Positions 18,015 through 27,325 of a stretch of DNA of 32,000 nucleotides are shown here, piece by piece. The DNA is from Methanocaldococcus jannaschii DSM 2661. GTDB lineage: Archaea > AGJL01 > Methanococci > Methanococcales > Methanocaldococcaceae. The translations under genes were made by a program, and so were the position numbers. Each line of letters opens with the position of its first letter. The stretch's first letter is position 1. The stretch covers positions 22,128 through 54,127 of the forward strand of contig NC_001732.1 of NCBI RefSeq assembly GCF_000091665.1, written 5' to 3'. The notes beneath the pieces were generated by a model. That model saw only the letters and a list, made by a program, of their open reading frames with translations, was not told where the DNA came from and searched no databases.

Positions 18015-19221
18015 ACTTTTCCACCTCTAAAATTGTCTCAGAATCATACGTCTGTTGGATATTAGATAGTAATCTTAGAGCAGTGTTTCCACATGAGCCT
18101 TTAGGTAAGTATAGTCTCATCCACCATGGAGTAACTTCTAATGAAAACCTATCTCCATTGTGCAAATCCACTCCTGAAATGTAATACATATCTTCTTCAA
18201 CTTGTTTGGCTAACCCCCAAATTTTAAAAGGTTCTTTTACTGATATTAGTCCCTCTACAAAGTTTTTTAAATCTTCAATTTCTTTTTCAAATTCGTAAAT
18301 TAGTGGTATTCTATCGCCCCAATCACTTGAAGTATAGTCAATTAGAGAATCTTCAATAATTTCAATTTTTTGTTCGTAATTTTCTATAGTTTTATCTACA
18401 ATTTCATTGTGTTTTTCTATTGATGTTCCTTTAACTGTAAATTTCCCCCAATAATAAATATCCTCCAAGACAAATTTATCTTTATCATCTTCTGAAACTA
18501 TCTTTATTTTTGATTTTGTAATTCTCATTAAGTGTTTAAATTCATGTAATTTTTTGATAGTGTTAAATATCTTTTTTATTTTTGTATCATTTAACAATTG
18601 GAAATCCTTAATTAGTTTTTCAAATTCTTGAATCTCATCTGAAGATAATGATTGGATAATTTTAATTAACTCATAGACACTTTCCCCATTACTACTAATT
18701 GATAATTTATTAGCCCTCTCTTCAACATCATTATCTAAGTAAAATGGAGTTTCATCATGTTTAGTTGATAACCCCCTAACATAATCTGCTTTTTTTAGGA
18801 ATTTTTCTAAATCACCTGTGGGCATCCATAGGTTATCTAATCTTGATTTTATTGGACTTATTAATTTATTAAAATATTTATCAGACTCTTCTGATTTTTG
18901 TAATGTGTATAATTTCCAAAATCTTGGGTTTTTAGCATCTATGAAAAAGTAACCTTCATCACCAATACGTAACATGTAGAACTCATATTCATCTAATGGT
19001 TTTATTTTTCCAGTTTTTATTATTCTTGATAATTTTTTGGGATGGATATTCGACTCTAAAATATATGTTTTTACAACATTTTGTTCGGGTTCTAATTTCG
19101 TATCGTCTAAAATGTCTTTATAAGACCTTTCCATGTTTCTTTCTAACCATTCGTATAACTGAGGACGATTTGTTATGTCGGGTATAGCACTTCCAACAAA
19201 TATTGTGTCCATAATTATCAC
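17995..19221 (-). CDS. Hypothetical protein, co-oriented with the PD-(D/E)XK-like gene
   Basis: 408-aa ORF, overlapping start/stop with the downstream gene; no family recognised. Confidence 0.8.
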   Translation of the reverse strand: MIIMDTIFVGSAIPDITNRPQLYEWLERNMERSYKDILDDTKLEPEQNVVKTYILESNIHPKKLSRIIKTGKIKPLDEYEFYMLRIGDEGYFFIDAKNPRFWKLYTLQKSEESDKYFNKLISPIKSRLDNLWMPTGDLEKFLKKADYVRGLSTKHDETPFYLDNDVEERANKLSISSNGESVYELIKIIQSLSSDEIQEFEKLIKDFQLLNDTKIKKIFNTIKKLHEFKHLMRITKSKIKIVSEDDKDKFVLEDIYYWGKFTVKGTSIEKHNEIVDKTIENYEQKIEIIEDSLIDYTSSDWGDRIPLIYEFEKEIEDLKNFVEGLISVKEPFKIWGLAKQVEEDMYYISGVDLHNGDRFSLEVTPWWMRLYLPKGSCGNTALRLLSNIQQTYDSETILEVEKYGERIR

Positions 19222-19539
19222 ACTCCTTAATAACAGTAAAAACAGTGTAAGGTATTAAAAAACCGTCCTAATAAATACCAGCTTATTTATTTTTTGAATA
19301 ATTTGTTTTTAATGAATAAAAAATTTTCTTTCTCACTGGTGTGTCCAATATTAGAGTTGTGAGTATTATATACTCATAGCAACAAAAGATGGAAATCAGA
19401 GTCGTGGTTTATTAAACATAGGATAAAATCTTGAAAATATTCGATAATGTCATTAAGAATCTACTTTACTCTTAGATTTGAATTCAATAAATGATAGTGT
19501 TAATGTTATTGTTTTTAAATTTGGGTCTAATAATACTAT

Positions 19540-19565
19540 GTGAATTGACTTTGAAATCAATTCAC
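19540..19565. repeat. Palindrome family, copy 7 (one mismatch)
   Basis: GTGAATTGACTT-TG-AAATCAATTCAC, between the two candidate defence gene pairs. Confidence 0.88.
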
Positions 19566-19613
19566 GTGAGGATCTTATCCCCTCATAATACTCCAAAAAA
19601 CAAAAACTATTAC

Positions 19614-19795
19614 TTGTGTATGTAGAGTGCAGAAACTACACCTCAAAGTATGAACTCTAGTCCGCAATTTTGAATTTTCTTTAATTATGTTATTATTGCA
19701 TTGTTGAATTATGTTGTTATATTATTATTAAATTATTTATTTATTGTATTATTGTCTTGTAGGCTATTATAAACTTGTATTTTGTACTTCCTTAT
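19614..19795 (+). repeat. AT-rich intergenic repeat related to those at 14310-14533 and 16240-16610
   Basis: GTGTATGTAGAGTGCAGAAACT (compare TGTATATGTAGAGTGTAGAAGCT at 14308), TTTTGAATTTTCTTTAATTATGTTATTATTGCATTGTTGAATTATG, CTTCCTTATTAATGGAAAT. Confidence 0.5.
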
Positions 19796-20100
19796 TAATG
19801 GAAATCATCCATTATTGCTTATGTGGGCGTTATAGTATTATAGGAAGTTTATATTGTTAGAATTAACATTAAAAAGCTCTAAGTATCTATTTTCTAGATT
19901 TTTAGATTTTTATGACTAAACTCAAATTTCAAAAACATGGATTGTGAGTCTATACCGCTACATATAAAAAGTGTGAAAAGATAACAATCTCAATTTTATT
20001 GGATTCTAAATTGCATTACAAAATTAAATTGAAATATTAAATGAGCTTAAAAAAAGAAGAAATTACCAACCACTGAATAAAAATATGATTAAATTTGCAA

Positions 20101-20988
20101 TTATTCTTTGTTTTCGCATTTTTTTTGAATGACTTCTAAGATTTCTTTTTCTAATTTTAGTATTTCATTTATTGTTGTTTTAAAGGTATCTATTTCAGAC
20201 TTTAATGTATTAAATTTAGTATCAAACTTTTCATCAATCTTATTTACTTCTTCGGATAAAATTTCAATTTTATTCCATATTGGAGTTGTTACATCTCTTG
20301 TCGCAACACCGAGTATACCTCTAATGAATTGTTTTGTTACCAACTCTTCCTTATTTATTGGGAAATCATAGATTCTTACAAAACCAGATGCTGATTGCTT
20401 ATAGGATATTATAAAAGCGTGTGCATACTGTACATTATCTATGGCTACAGCTAATGGATTAATTGAAACTCCAGAAACTCCATGAGGTGGTGTCTTATTA
20501 TGAGGTTTTGTACCAACCCATAGGGGAAGACTTAACACTATACCTGATATTGTCAAACTAATACGTTTATTAGTAGTAATATAATTTGGATTCATGCTAA
20601 GCACGTTTTGCATAACTGGCGGATTCAATTTCTGATTATCATCTGCTCTCCCAACATATTGGGGACTATCACCCATCCAAACAATAATTTGACCTGCATT
20701 AAGAAATCTCCTTAGTAGGCTGTTTGATGTAGGATTATCCGGATTATCTAAAACTAAATCAGGAACAACATCTTGAGCAAATACTACCACATATTCTTTA
20801 TTTGTATCTTTAGAACCCTCCCCTAACACCCTCTGCAAACTGGGAGCGTCAATAACTTCAAAATCATATTTTTCTAGTTCTTTAGATATATGCTTAGCCA
20901 CATTATGAGGTATCCAGCTGTAAGGATAACGTTCATCATAGTATACATACAACTTCTTTTCAGTTAGTCCTGGTGTCATATGTTTCAC
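20101..20988 (-). CDS. Hypothetical protein, Rossmann-like N-terminus plus C-terminal coiled coil; partner of OLD-family protein
   Basis: 295-aa ORF overlapping the OLD-family gene by 4 nt (ATGA); [63 protein letters not shown]. Confidence 0.75.
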
Positions 20989-22877
20989 CCTAGTTCACTA
21001 TCTATATTTAAAATAATCTTCTTGATATCTTCTGGAACTTCAGTAAGTCTTGATACTATCTTTTCTGCGATTTTACATTTCAAATATCGTTCAATCGATC
21101 TACCACTGTCCCACCCTAATGTAATAATAAACTCTTCGTCTACATTTTTTAAAACTGTGAATAATTTTCCACTAAGTTTGTGCAATAAATCTTTTTCATT
21201 TTTACCTTCTTCATTCTTACAAGCACCAAAAATTTTGATTTCATCTATAATAGATTTAATTTCTTCGTCTTGGAGAACTTCTTCATATTTATCTTTGAGA
21301 CATTCTCTTAGTAATTCATCAAGTGCGAGAATGAAATCTTCAGGTTTTATGTATCCTAGTATATCTTTTTTCTCTATTATAAATACTTCAAAATTCTCAC
21401 GTAAGCCCATATCCTTAGCTATTTTAACATTCTTTAATCCCTCTTCATCATTATCAGCAATTAAAAACACTTTAATCCCGTAATCCTCCTTAAATACTTT
21501 TATCATCTCTTTTAGACTTCTTTGAGCATAGGGTATTATAATATAGCTAAATTTAGGAAGATTTTTAAGTTGTTCTATGAGCAAATCTATGTAACCTTGC
21601 AGTATTATCCGATCGCTGTTTCCTTCGACAAGTATTGCGACATCTGAGAAAAGGAAATAACCTGGTACAACACCCAGATCTCTAGCAAGTGATTCACTAA
21701 GCCTGCTACCACGGAATGGATAAAAGATTCTTGTAGCTAGAAGCTCTGTTGGGTATCCTTCAAAGTTAATTTTAATTGAATCTTTTCGAACACCTATAAC
21801 AAACCTCTTATCTTTAAGAGTGGCAATGAAATCTGGAGAATGTGTAACTATGATTAACTGAACATTTAAATTATTAGCTAAGTCTTCCAACACCCTTGCC
21901 AAACGTCTTATATATGCAGGATGTAAGTGAATTTCTGGCTCTTCTATCAAAAATATATGATGTTTTCCTTTAGATATTATTGAAGCTAATATTCCATCAA
22001 TAATCTGATCTCCACTTCCAAAAAGTTCATAATTTAATGACATACCTTCATATGATTTTGTTAAAATTTCAGTTCTATCAGGTTGTTCATACGTGTCTAC
22101 ACTTCCTTTTATCTCTCTAAGACAATCATATAACATTCTAAGTCGTGCAAAATCTTTTATCGTGTTTTTAATGACATTTATTAATTCAGAAGATACCATA
22201 GGATGGGCAAAAAGGCCTTTAATTGGGATATTTACCATTTTATAGATCTCAGGGAATGTATTCACATAGCATATCTTATTTTTTATAAGATCTATGAATA
22301 TATTAAAGACATCTTTATTTTTTATAGTACCGCTTTCCACAATTACACATGGCACTAAAGAATCTCCAGTCTTTGACTCGATATTATGCCCTGTCACCTT
22401 ACTGTGGATTTCTTTCATTTTCTTTAAAGCTTCTTTTGCAATCTTGGATGTCTCTGATACGTAACCAAATATTATCACATTTTGGAGCTTCCATATAATT
22501 TGATTATTATTACTCTCAATGGATACTTCAATATATGCTTTCTTAACATTACTTTCTAAACCACATACCTCCCTCAATTTGTCGCCTTCTCCTTCATCAA
22601 AGTTTAGCCATACAGCAAGTTTTATAGGGTAATTCTGGTAAGTGTAAAACCATAATCTTCTAATTTGATCTTTTAAGTTTTGTTCAGTTATGGTAGTGAT
22701 ATTAAGATTTTTCTCAGTAGAATTAGTGTCGAGATTTTCAAATATGATCCTTATAACATTAAGTATCGATGTTTTTCCAGAACTATTTTTGCCTATAAGC
22801 ACTGTAACTTTCCCAAATTCTACAGTTAGATCATAAATGCTTCTAAAGTTTTCTATTTTAACCTGTTCTATTTTCAT
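20985..22877 (-). CDS. OLD-family ATPase with C-terminal TOPRIM (RecF/SMC-like ATPase nuclease)
   Basis: [22 protein letters not shown] (Walker A), [11 protein letters not shown] (Walker B), [26 protein letters not shown] ... [15 protein letters not shown]. Confidence 0.92.
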
Positions 22878-23059
22878 ACACTACAACCCCTTAGTAGATT
22901 GTAGATATAACATAAAAAATATACTAATATCATTAATTTAAAAATTTTCATTATTATTAAATTTACTATTATTCTAGAAATTTGTTATAGAGTGCTATGG
23001 TTCTTCATTAAGCAATAAGAAGAAGCTTTCTACCATTTCCACTAAAATAAACATAAAAA

Positions 23060-23228
23060 ATCAAACAAAAAAACAAAACAAAATAAAAATAAGTACAAAC
23101 AAAAAATACAATCAAAAATAAAACAACAATAAAATAAAAACTTGTCAAAATAAGTAAATTAATAATTTTTAAACTAAAAAATAAAAAATTAAAAGAGGGG
23201 GAGGGGAGAGCCCGAGAGGGAGGGGGAG
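23060..23228 (-). repeat. Right arm of the long inverted repeat (38-bp core 23191-23228)
   Basis: AAAAGAGGGGGAGGGGAGAGCCCGAGAGGGAGGGGGAG, reverse complement of 16020-16057; extended homology with ACAAAAAATACAATCAAAAATAAAACAACAATAAAATAAAAACTTGT. Confidence 0.9.
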
Positions 23229-23263
23229 GAAACAGAAAGAAAATAAAAACAGAAAACAGTAAA

Positions 23264-23707
23264 CTAATTCCCCACAATCAACTTATAATCCTCCTCAGGA
23301 ATCTCCCTCATAGCCTTACCCATCAAATGCCCACTCCACCTCTTCTTATTAGTAATAAATTTAAGCTTCGGGATCAACTCCTTAAAATTAATTGGTGGTT
23401 CAAAGACTTTAATTTCCTTTAATTTAACTCTATATGGAAACTTCTCATTAGGATTTCTTGGAGTTGGCTTAAAAATTTTTGAACTATCCTTATAAACCTC
23501 TGAAACAACCTCATAAACTCCTCTTATGTATGGGGGTTTATAATCCTTTCCACTCCTCTGAATCTCATAAATAATCAGCTTATCTCCTACTTTAACTTTG
23601 TTTATGGTGTTTTTGTACCTCTCTGCTACACCCCAAATCTTCTTCTCTTTTATAACCTTCCAGTTATCCTCGTTGGTTATACAGAGCCAGTATGCCATAA
23701 GATCCAC
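23264..23707 (-). CDS. EVE domain protein
   Basis: [46 protein letters not shown] ... [17 protein letters not shown]: EVE/PUA-like fold signature. Confidence 0.85.
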
Positions 23708-23812
23708 TATAATTAACTTTTTAATAACTTTTTCAATAAAAAATATTTTTAGAGCTTTTGTAATATATAACCTATTAGATTTGGGAGGTACTTTCTATAT
23801 TTGGTGGTTGTT

Positions 23813-24741
23813 ATGAGATTTTTAACGCTTGTGGTAGTAATTATTTTGCTGTTATTCCCAGTATTTGCTGGTTGTATTGGTAGAGTTTGGGATAATGACT
23901 CTGGGGGAGGTTTTTTGTTAATACTTTTAGAAAATGAGACTTCAAATATACATTTAATACATCTGATGTAGACATTTTTAAATTCTGTAATATTTCTAAT
24001 AATGAAACCTGTATTGTAATTGGGAAAATGAATAATTTTAGTAAAAATTTAGAAGAATGTTTTCAAAAATATGGATATGAGAATTTTACACTTTTATTGG
24101 CTGGATATATTGCAAAATATCCTAAATATGAAGAAATCTCTAACAATACCAAATTTCTAAATGAATATCATAATGAAGTATCAAATATTACTACTTGCCT
24201 ACATGTTTATAAAAACTTAGCAGAGGGTGTTAAAAGAGATTTCAACCTTGATTTACTATATCTTAATGATTATGAAATTAAAAAAGTAAAATCTATGGTT
24301 GAGCCTAACGTAATTAGTGATGCAATAACCGTTGTAACACTTGTTAATGATTATAATAATCTTATTGATGCTGCAAGAAATGTTAAAAAGGGAGATAAAG
24401 AATCCTATACAAAATTCTATATTGCATTGGGAATTGTAGTGTTTGATGTAATTTTAATAAAAGAGAATGTGGCTTATAAGGTAAGTTATAAACTTGTAGG
24501 AATTTTAATTAGTAAAACGGGCTTCTATAAAGTTATTTACAAGTATGGTGGAAGCACAGCATTAAAACCTATAGAGAGTTGTACACATTGGATATCTCGA
24601 GGAGAAATTAATAGTATGCCCAGTAAATTGTATAACAATTCAGATAAATTAACAAACATTTCAATAAAAATTAACACTTCAAAACTGTATAACAAGAGTA
24701 TAAACACTATAAGAAGTAAAATAATGGAGGTTTCAAGTTAG
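23813..24741 (+). pseudogene. Secreted/lipoprotein-like protein interrupted by an apparent frameshift (downstream ORF 24028..24741)
   Basis: Frame starting 23813: MRFLTLVVVIILLLFPVFAGCIGRVWDNDSGGGFLLILLENETS (signal peptide, lipobox-like FAGC), stop at 23969-23971. The adjacent frame is open from about 23938: FKYTFNTSDVDIFKFCNISNNETCIVIGKMNNF..., continuing into the 237-aa ORF. Confidence 0.6.
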
Positions 24742-25062
24742 ATAATAGAATGTTTGATTGTTGGGTCTGTAACTCTCTAATTTTTTTATTTCGTTAATTG
24801 TTTTAGTTGTTCTATAAAACAAATATCCAACAGCTTTTATGTTAAATTTTACAAATAATAATAAGGGTTCTAAAATGTTTTTTACACTTTTAATCAATTT
24901 TAGGAACATATTTTTGATTTCTTTAATAGTTTCTTTAATTGAGTCTATTATTTTAGATTTATTTGTTAAGAAGATAACGAATAAAACTCCAAATAGAATA
25001 ATTAAGAAATCTTCGGGGATTTTTGATAGTGAGTTAATTCCTTCTGTGATTATTGTTATCAA
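24733..25062 (-). CDS. Small transmembrane protein
   Basis: 109 aa with hydrophobic DFLIILFGVLFVIFL; starts 4 nt after the stop of the PIN-domain gene. Confidence 0.6.
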   Translation of the reverse strand: MITIITEGINSLSKIPEDFLIILFGVLFVIFLTNKSKIIDSIKETIKEIKNMFLKLIKSVKNILEPLLLFVKFNIKAVGYLFYRTTKTINEIKKLESYRPNNQTFYYLT

Positions 25063-25066
25063 TATT

Positions 25067-25846
25067 TCAATTAGTTTTTTTTATAATGCTTGTAACAATT
25101 TCAAGTATTGTGATAATAATAGACGTGCATATTTTAAATGCTAAAGGTGCTGTAACATTCATAATGCAAAATGAAAATGAACCTTGACTTAGTTCAGTGA
25201 GTACAACTTTTACTTCTCCAACTTTCCAAATTTTTATAATTTTTTGGTCTTTAAAATCTTTATCACGTGTTATAATTCCATGGGTATCAAGTGAAAGAGC
25301 TAAAGTTACAAAAGGAATATCCTTTACATCCCTATGACCTATCAGATTATATGCAATTTTACTCCAATTATTTGATTTTTTATCATTTATTATTTTAATA
25401 TTGGACAGTATAATATTAGCAATTTTTATTGCCTTAGATTTTGCTTTATTTTCGTCAATATTCTTCTTTTTACATTTTTTTGGGAGAACATTCTCAATCT
25501 TATTTTTTAACTCATCTACAATTAATTGTGGAGCATATAATTCTATAAAAGGATTATTGATAAAATCCAATATCCATGGGAGTTCACCTTTTGTAACATA
25601 GGATAATACTTGTGAGAATATAATATTAGTATCAACAACTAACTTTAATTTAAACTCTTTACCTAACATATATACTAAATTCTTCTGGAAATAAGCACTA
25701 AGATAATTAATAAAGTCTCTTCCTAAAGTTTTTTCTATTTCATTCCATAATTTGTTAAATTCATCATCAAACTCCTTAAAATACTCCCACTCACAATCAT
25801 GAAACCTTTGAACTTCAATATTTGTGAGAGATTGCATATTAGCCAC
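25067..25846 (-). CDS. PIN-domain protein with C-terminal hydrophobic segment
   Basis: [50 protein letters not shown]; C-terminal [32 protein letters not shown]. Confidence 0.8.
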
Positions 25847-25917
25847 ATTTAAAGATTTATTAGTATTTATCTAAAACTTTGATATTATAATTGCTATAAC
25901 ATGTAAGGATTGATGAG

Positions 25918-26067
25918 TTATTTGATTACCTGATTTCTGTTATTCCCTAAACTATGTCTAACTATATCCATTAGAGTATATCTCTTGTCATGAAACTTAA
26001 TTATTTCTAATAACTTTTCATTTTCTTTAGTTTTCATTTTCACATATTCCTCATTGTAATTGACCAT
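25918..26067 (-). CDS. Small ORF (49 aa) upstream of the PIN/TM gene, not in the supplied track
   Basis: GGTGATAAAATG start context; MVNYNEEYVKMKTKENEKLLEIIKFHDKRYTLMDIVRHSLGNNRNQVIK*. Confidence 0.55.
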   Translation of the reverse strand: MVNYNEEYVKMKTKENEKLLEIIKFHDKRYTLMDIVRHSLGNNRNQVIK

Positions 26068-26198
26068 TTTATCACCCTTTCATTGTTGTTGGATAATATT
26101 TTATTTAACTTTAACAACATTATAAAATATATGTTCTATATATTTAAATGATTATATATTTAAATAAATAGAATAATTATTATAAGAGTGTAAACTTC

Positions 26199-27254
26199 TC
26201 ATTTAGAGTTAGGAATAGAATTAGGAATTTCATAATATACATTTACAGCAAATTTACCTTCATCTTTTTTTATTTCAATATTGGATACATTTTTAATATT
26301 CGTTAAGAATTTATTGTAAATTTCTTTAGAAATTACCCTTACAATAGAGTAATGTGTTATTTCATCATAGTTCTCAATCGGAATTGATAATTTTACTGGT
26401 ATTGGTTCAACTTTCTTATTATATTGCTCTGCATTTTTAATTTGTAGTTCTTTTTTAACATCTTCTTCTATTTTTCTAAGAATGTCATCACTAATTTCAC
26501 TTTTAAGGTTATTTTCATTTTTATAGTACTTTTCAACAAATTTCAATTTTGAGTTGTATATATCAACTGGAGTATAAATTTTTACTTTTTCTTTTCCTAA
26601 TTTTTTTAACCATACATCTATTTTGTATATGGGCAATTTTTGGTCAATTACATAATAATAATCATCTATTTTTACAGCAACTGCAACGTGAGTTGGATAA
26701 ACCAAAAAGTAATGCTTTATATTTAAATTATGAAGAATTGCAGAAGTTAATTTTGCATAATCTCTACAAATTGCATATTTGGTCTTTAATATGGTTTTTA
26801 AAGATGTAGATATCCAAATTAGACTTAATGTAGTAAATAATCCTTCCTTTAATTTTAATATTTTACTGTCACATTTTGATAAAGTAAAGAACGTAGCCCA
26901 TAAGTGTAAGAATGTTCCTACCACCCCACATAAGAACAAGAATAGTATTATAGTAATTATAAAATATAAACAGCATATTATAATGTGTATTGTAGGTGAT
27001 ATGCAAAATACTTGTTCGCACCATAACCAAACTTCTGGAAATATTGCCCATACTAACCCTACTATAATGAAAAATGTAATAAAGTAATATACATTCGACT
27101 TTTCATAACAATAACGTATATTACTATCTTCCCATTCTAAAACATTAATTATTGTTTTAATGCTGTTGTTTTTGTATTTTAATATTTCAGCAAGATGTTT
27201 TGTGTCCTTCAAATCCTCATCATTTAATTGAATATGCTCTAATAAAATAGGCAC
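26199..27254 (-). CDS. Membrane-anchored transglutaminase-like protein
   Basis: Two N-terminal hydrophobic segments; ICRDYAKLTSAIL, YPTHVAVAVKIDDYYYVIDQK gives the Cys-His-Asp pattern. Confidence 0.7.
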   Translation of the reverse strand: MPILLEHIQLNDEDLKDTKHLAEILKYKNNSIKTIINVLEWEDSNIRYCYEKSNVYYFITFFIIVGLVWAIFPEVWLWCEQVFCISPTIHIIICCLYFIITIILFLFLCGVVGTFLHLWATFFTLSKCDSKILKLKEGLFTTLSLIWISTSLKTILKTKYAICRDYAKLTSAILHNLNIKHYFLVYPTHVAVAVKIDDYYYVIDQKLPIYKIDVWLKKLGKEKVKIYTPVDIYNSKLKFVEKYYKNENNLKSEISDDILRKIEEDVKKELQIKNAEQYNKKVEPIPVKLSIPIENYDEITHYSIVRVISKEIYNKFLTNIKNVSNIEIKKDEGKFAVNVYYEIPNSIPNSK

Positions 27255-27325
27255 AACACTTCACCCTGTAGTTCCCGAATGTAATTTTCCTACATCTTTA
27301 AGTCTCATGAATTTTGATTCTACTC

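Noticed and set aside
16918-19187. Plus-strand ORFs at 16918, 17551, 17619, 17933 and 18996
   Set aside because: Antisense to the 438-aa and 408-aa genes and lacking recognisable protein features.
20129-21483. Plus-strand ORFs at 20129 and 20980
   Set aside because: Antisense to the 295-aa and OLD-family genes; Ser/Leu/Phe-rich shadow ORFs.
20985-22877. Classical Gabija system (GajA plus GajB)
   Set aside because: The OLD-like protein fits GajA-type architecture, but no UvrD/PcrA-like GajB helicase is adjacent; the coupled gene has no helicase motifs.
16020-23228. Integration att sites (attL/attR) for the 7.2-kb cassette
   Set aside because: The shared sequence is inverted, not direct, and no integrase or transposase is visible. 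Simple integration is not supported, though inversion or other mobility remains open.
23008-23277. Minus-strand 89-aa ORF
   Set aside because: Low-complexity translation across the inverted-repeat arm, overlapping the EVE gene end.
24839-27087. Plus-strand ORFs at 24839, 25401, 26549, 26779 and the 29441 ORF class
   Set aside because: Antisense to better-supported minus-strand genes.
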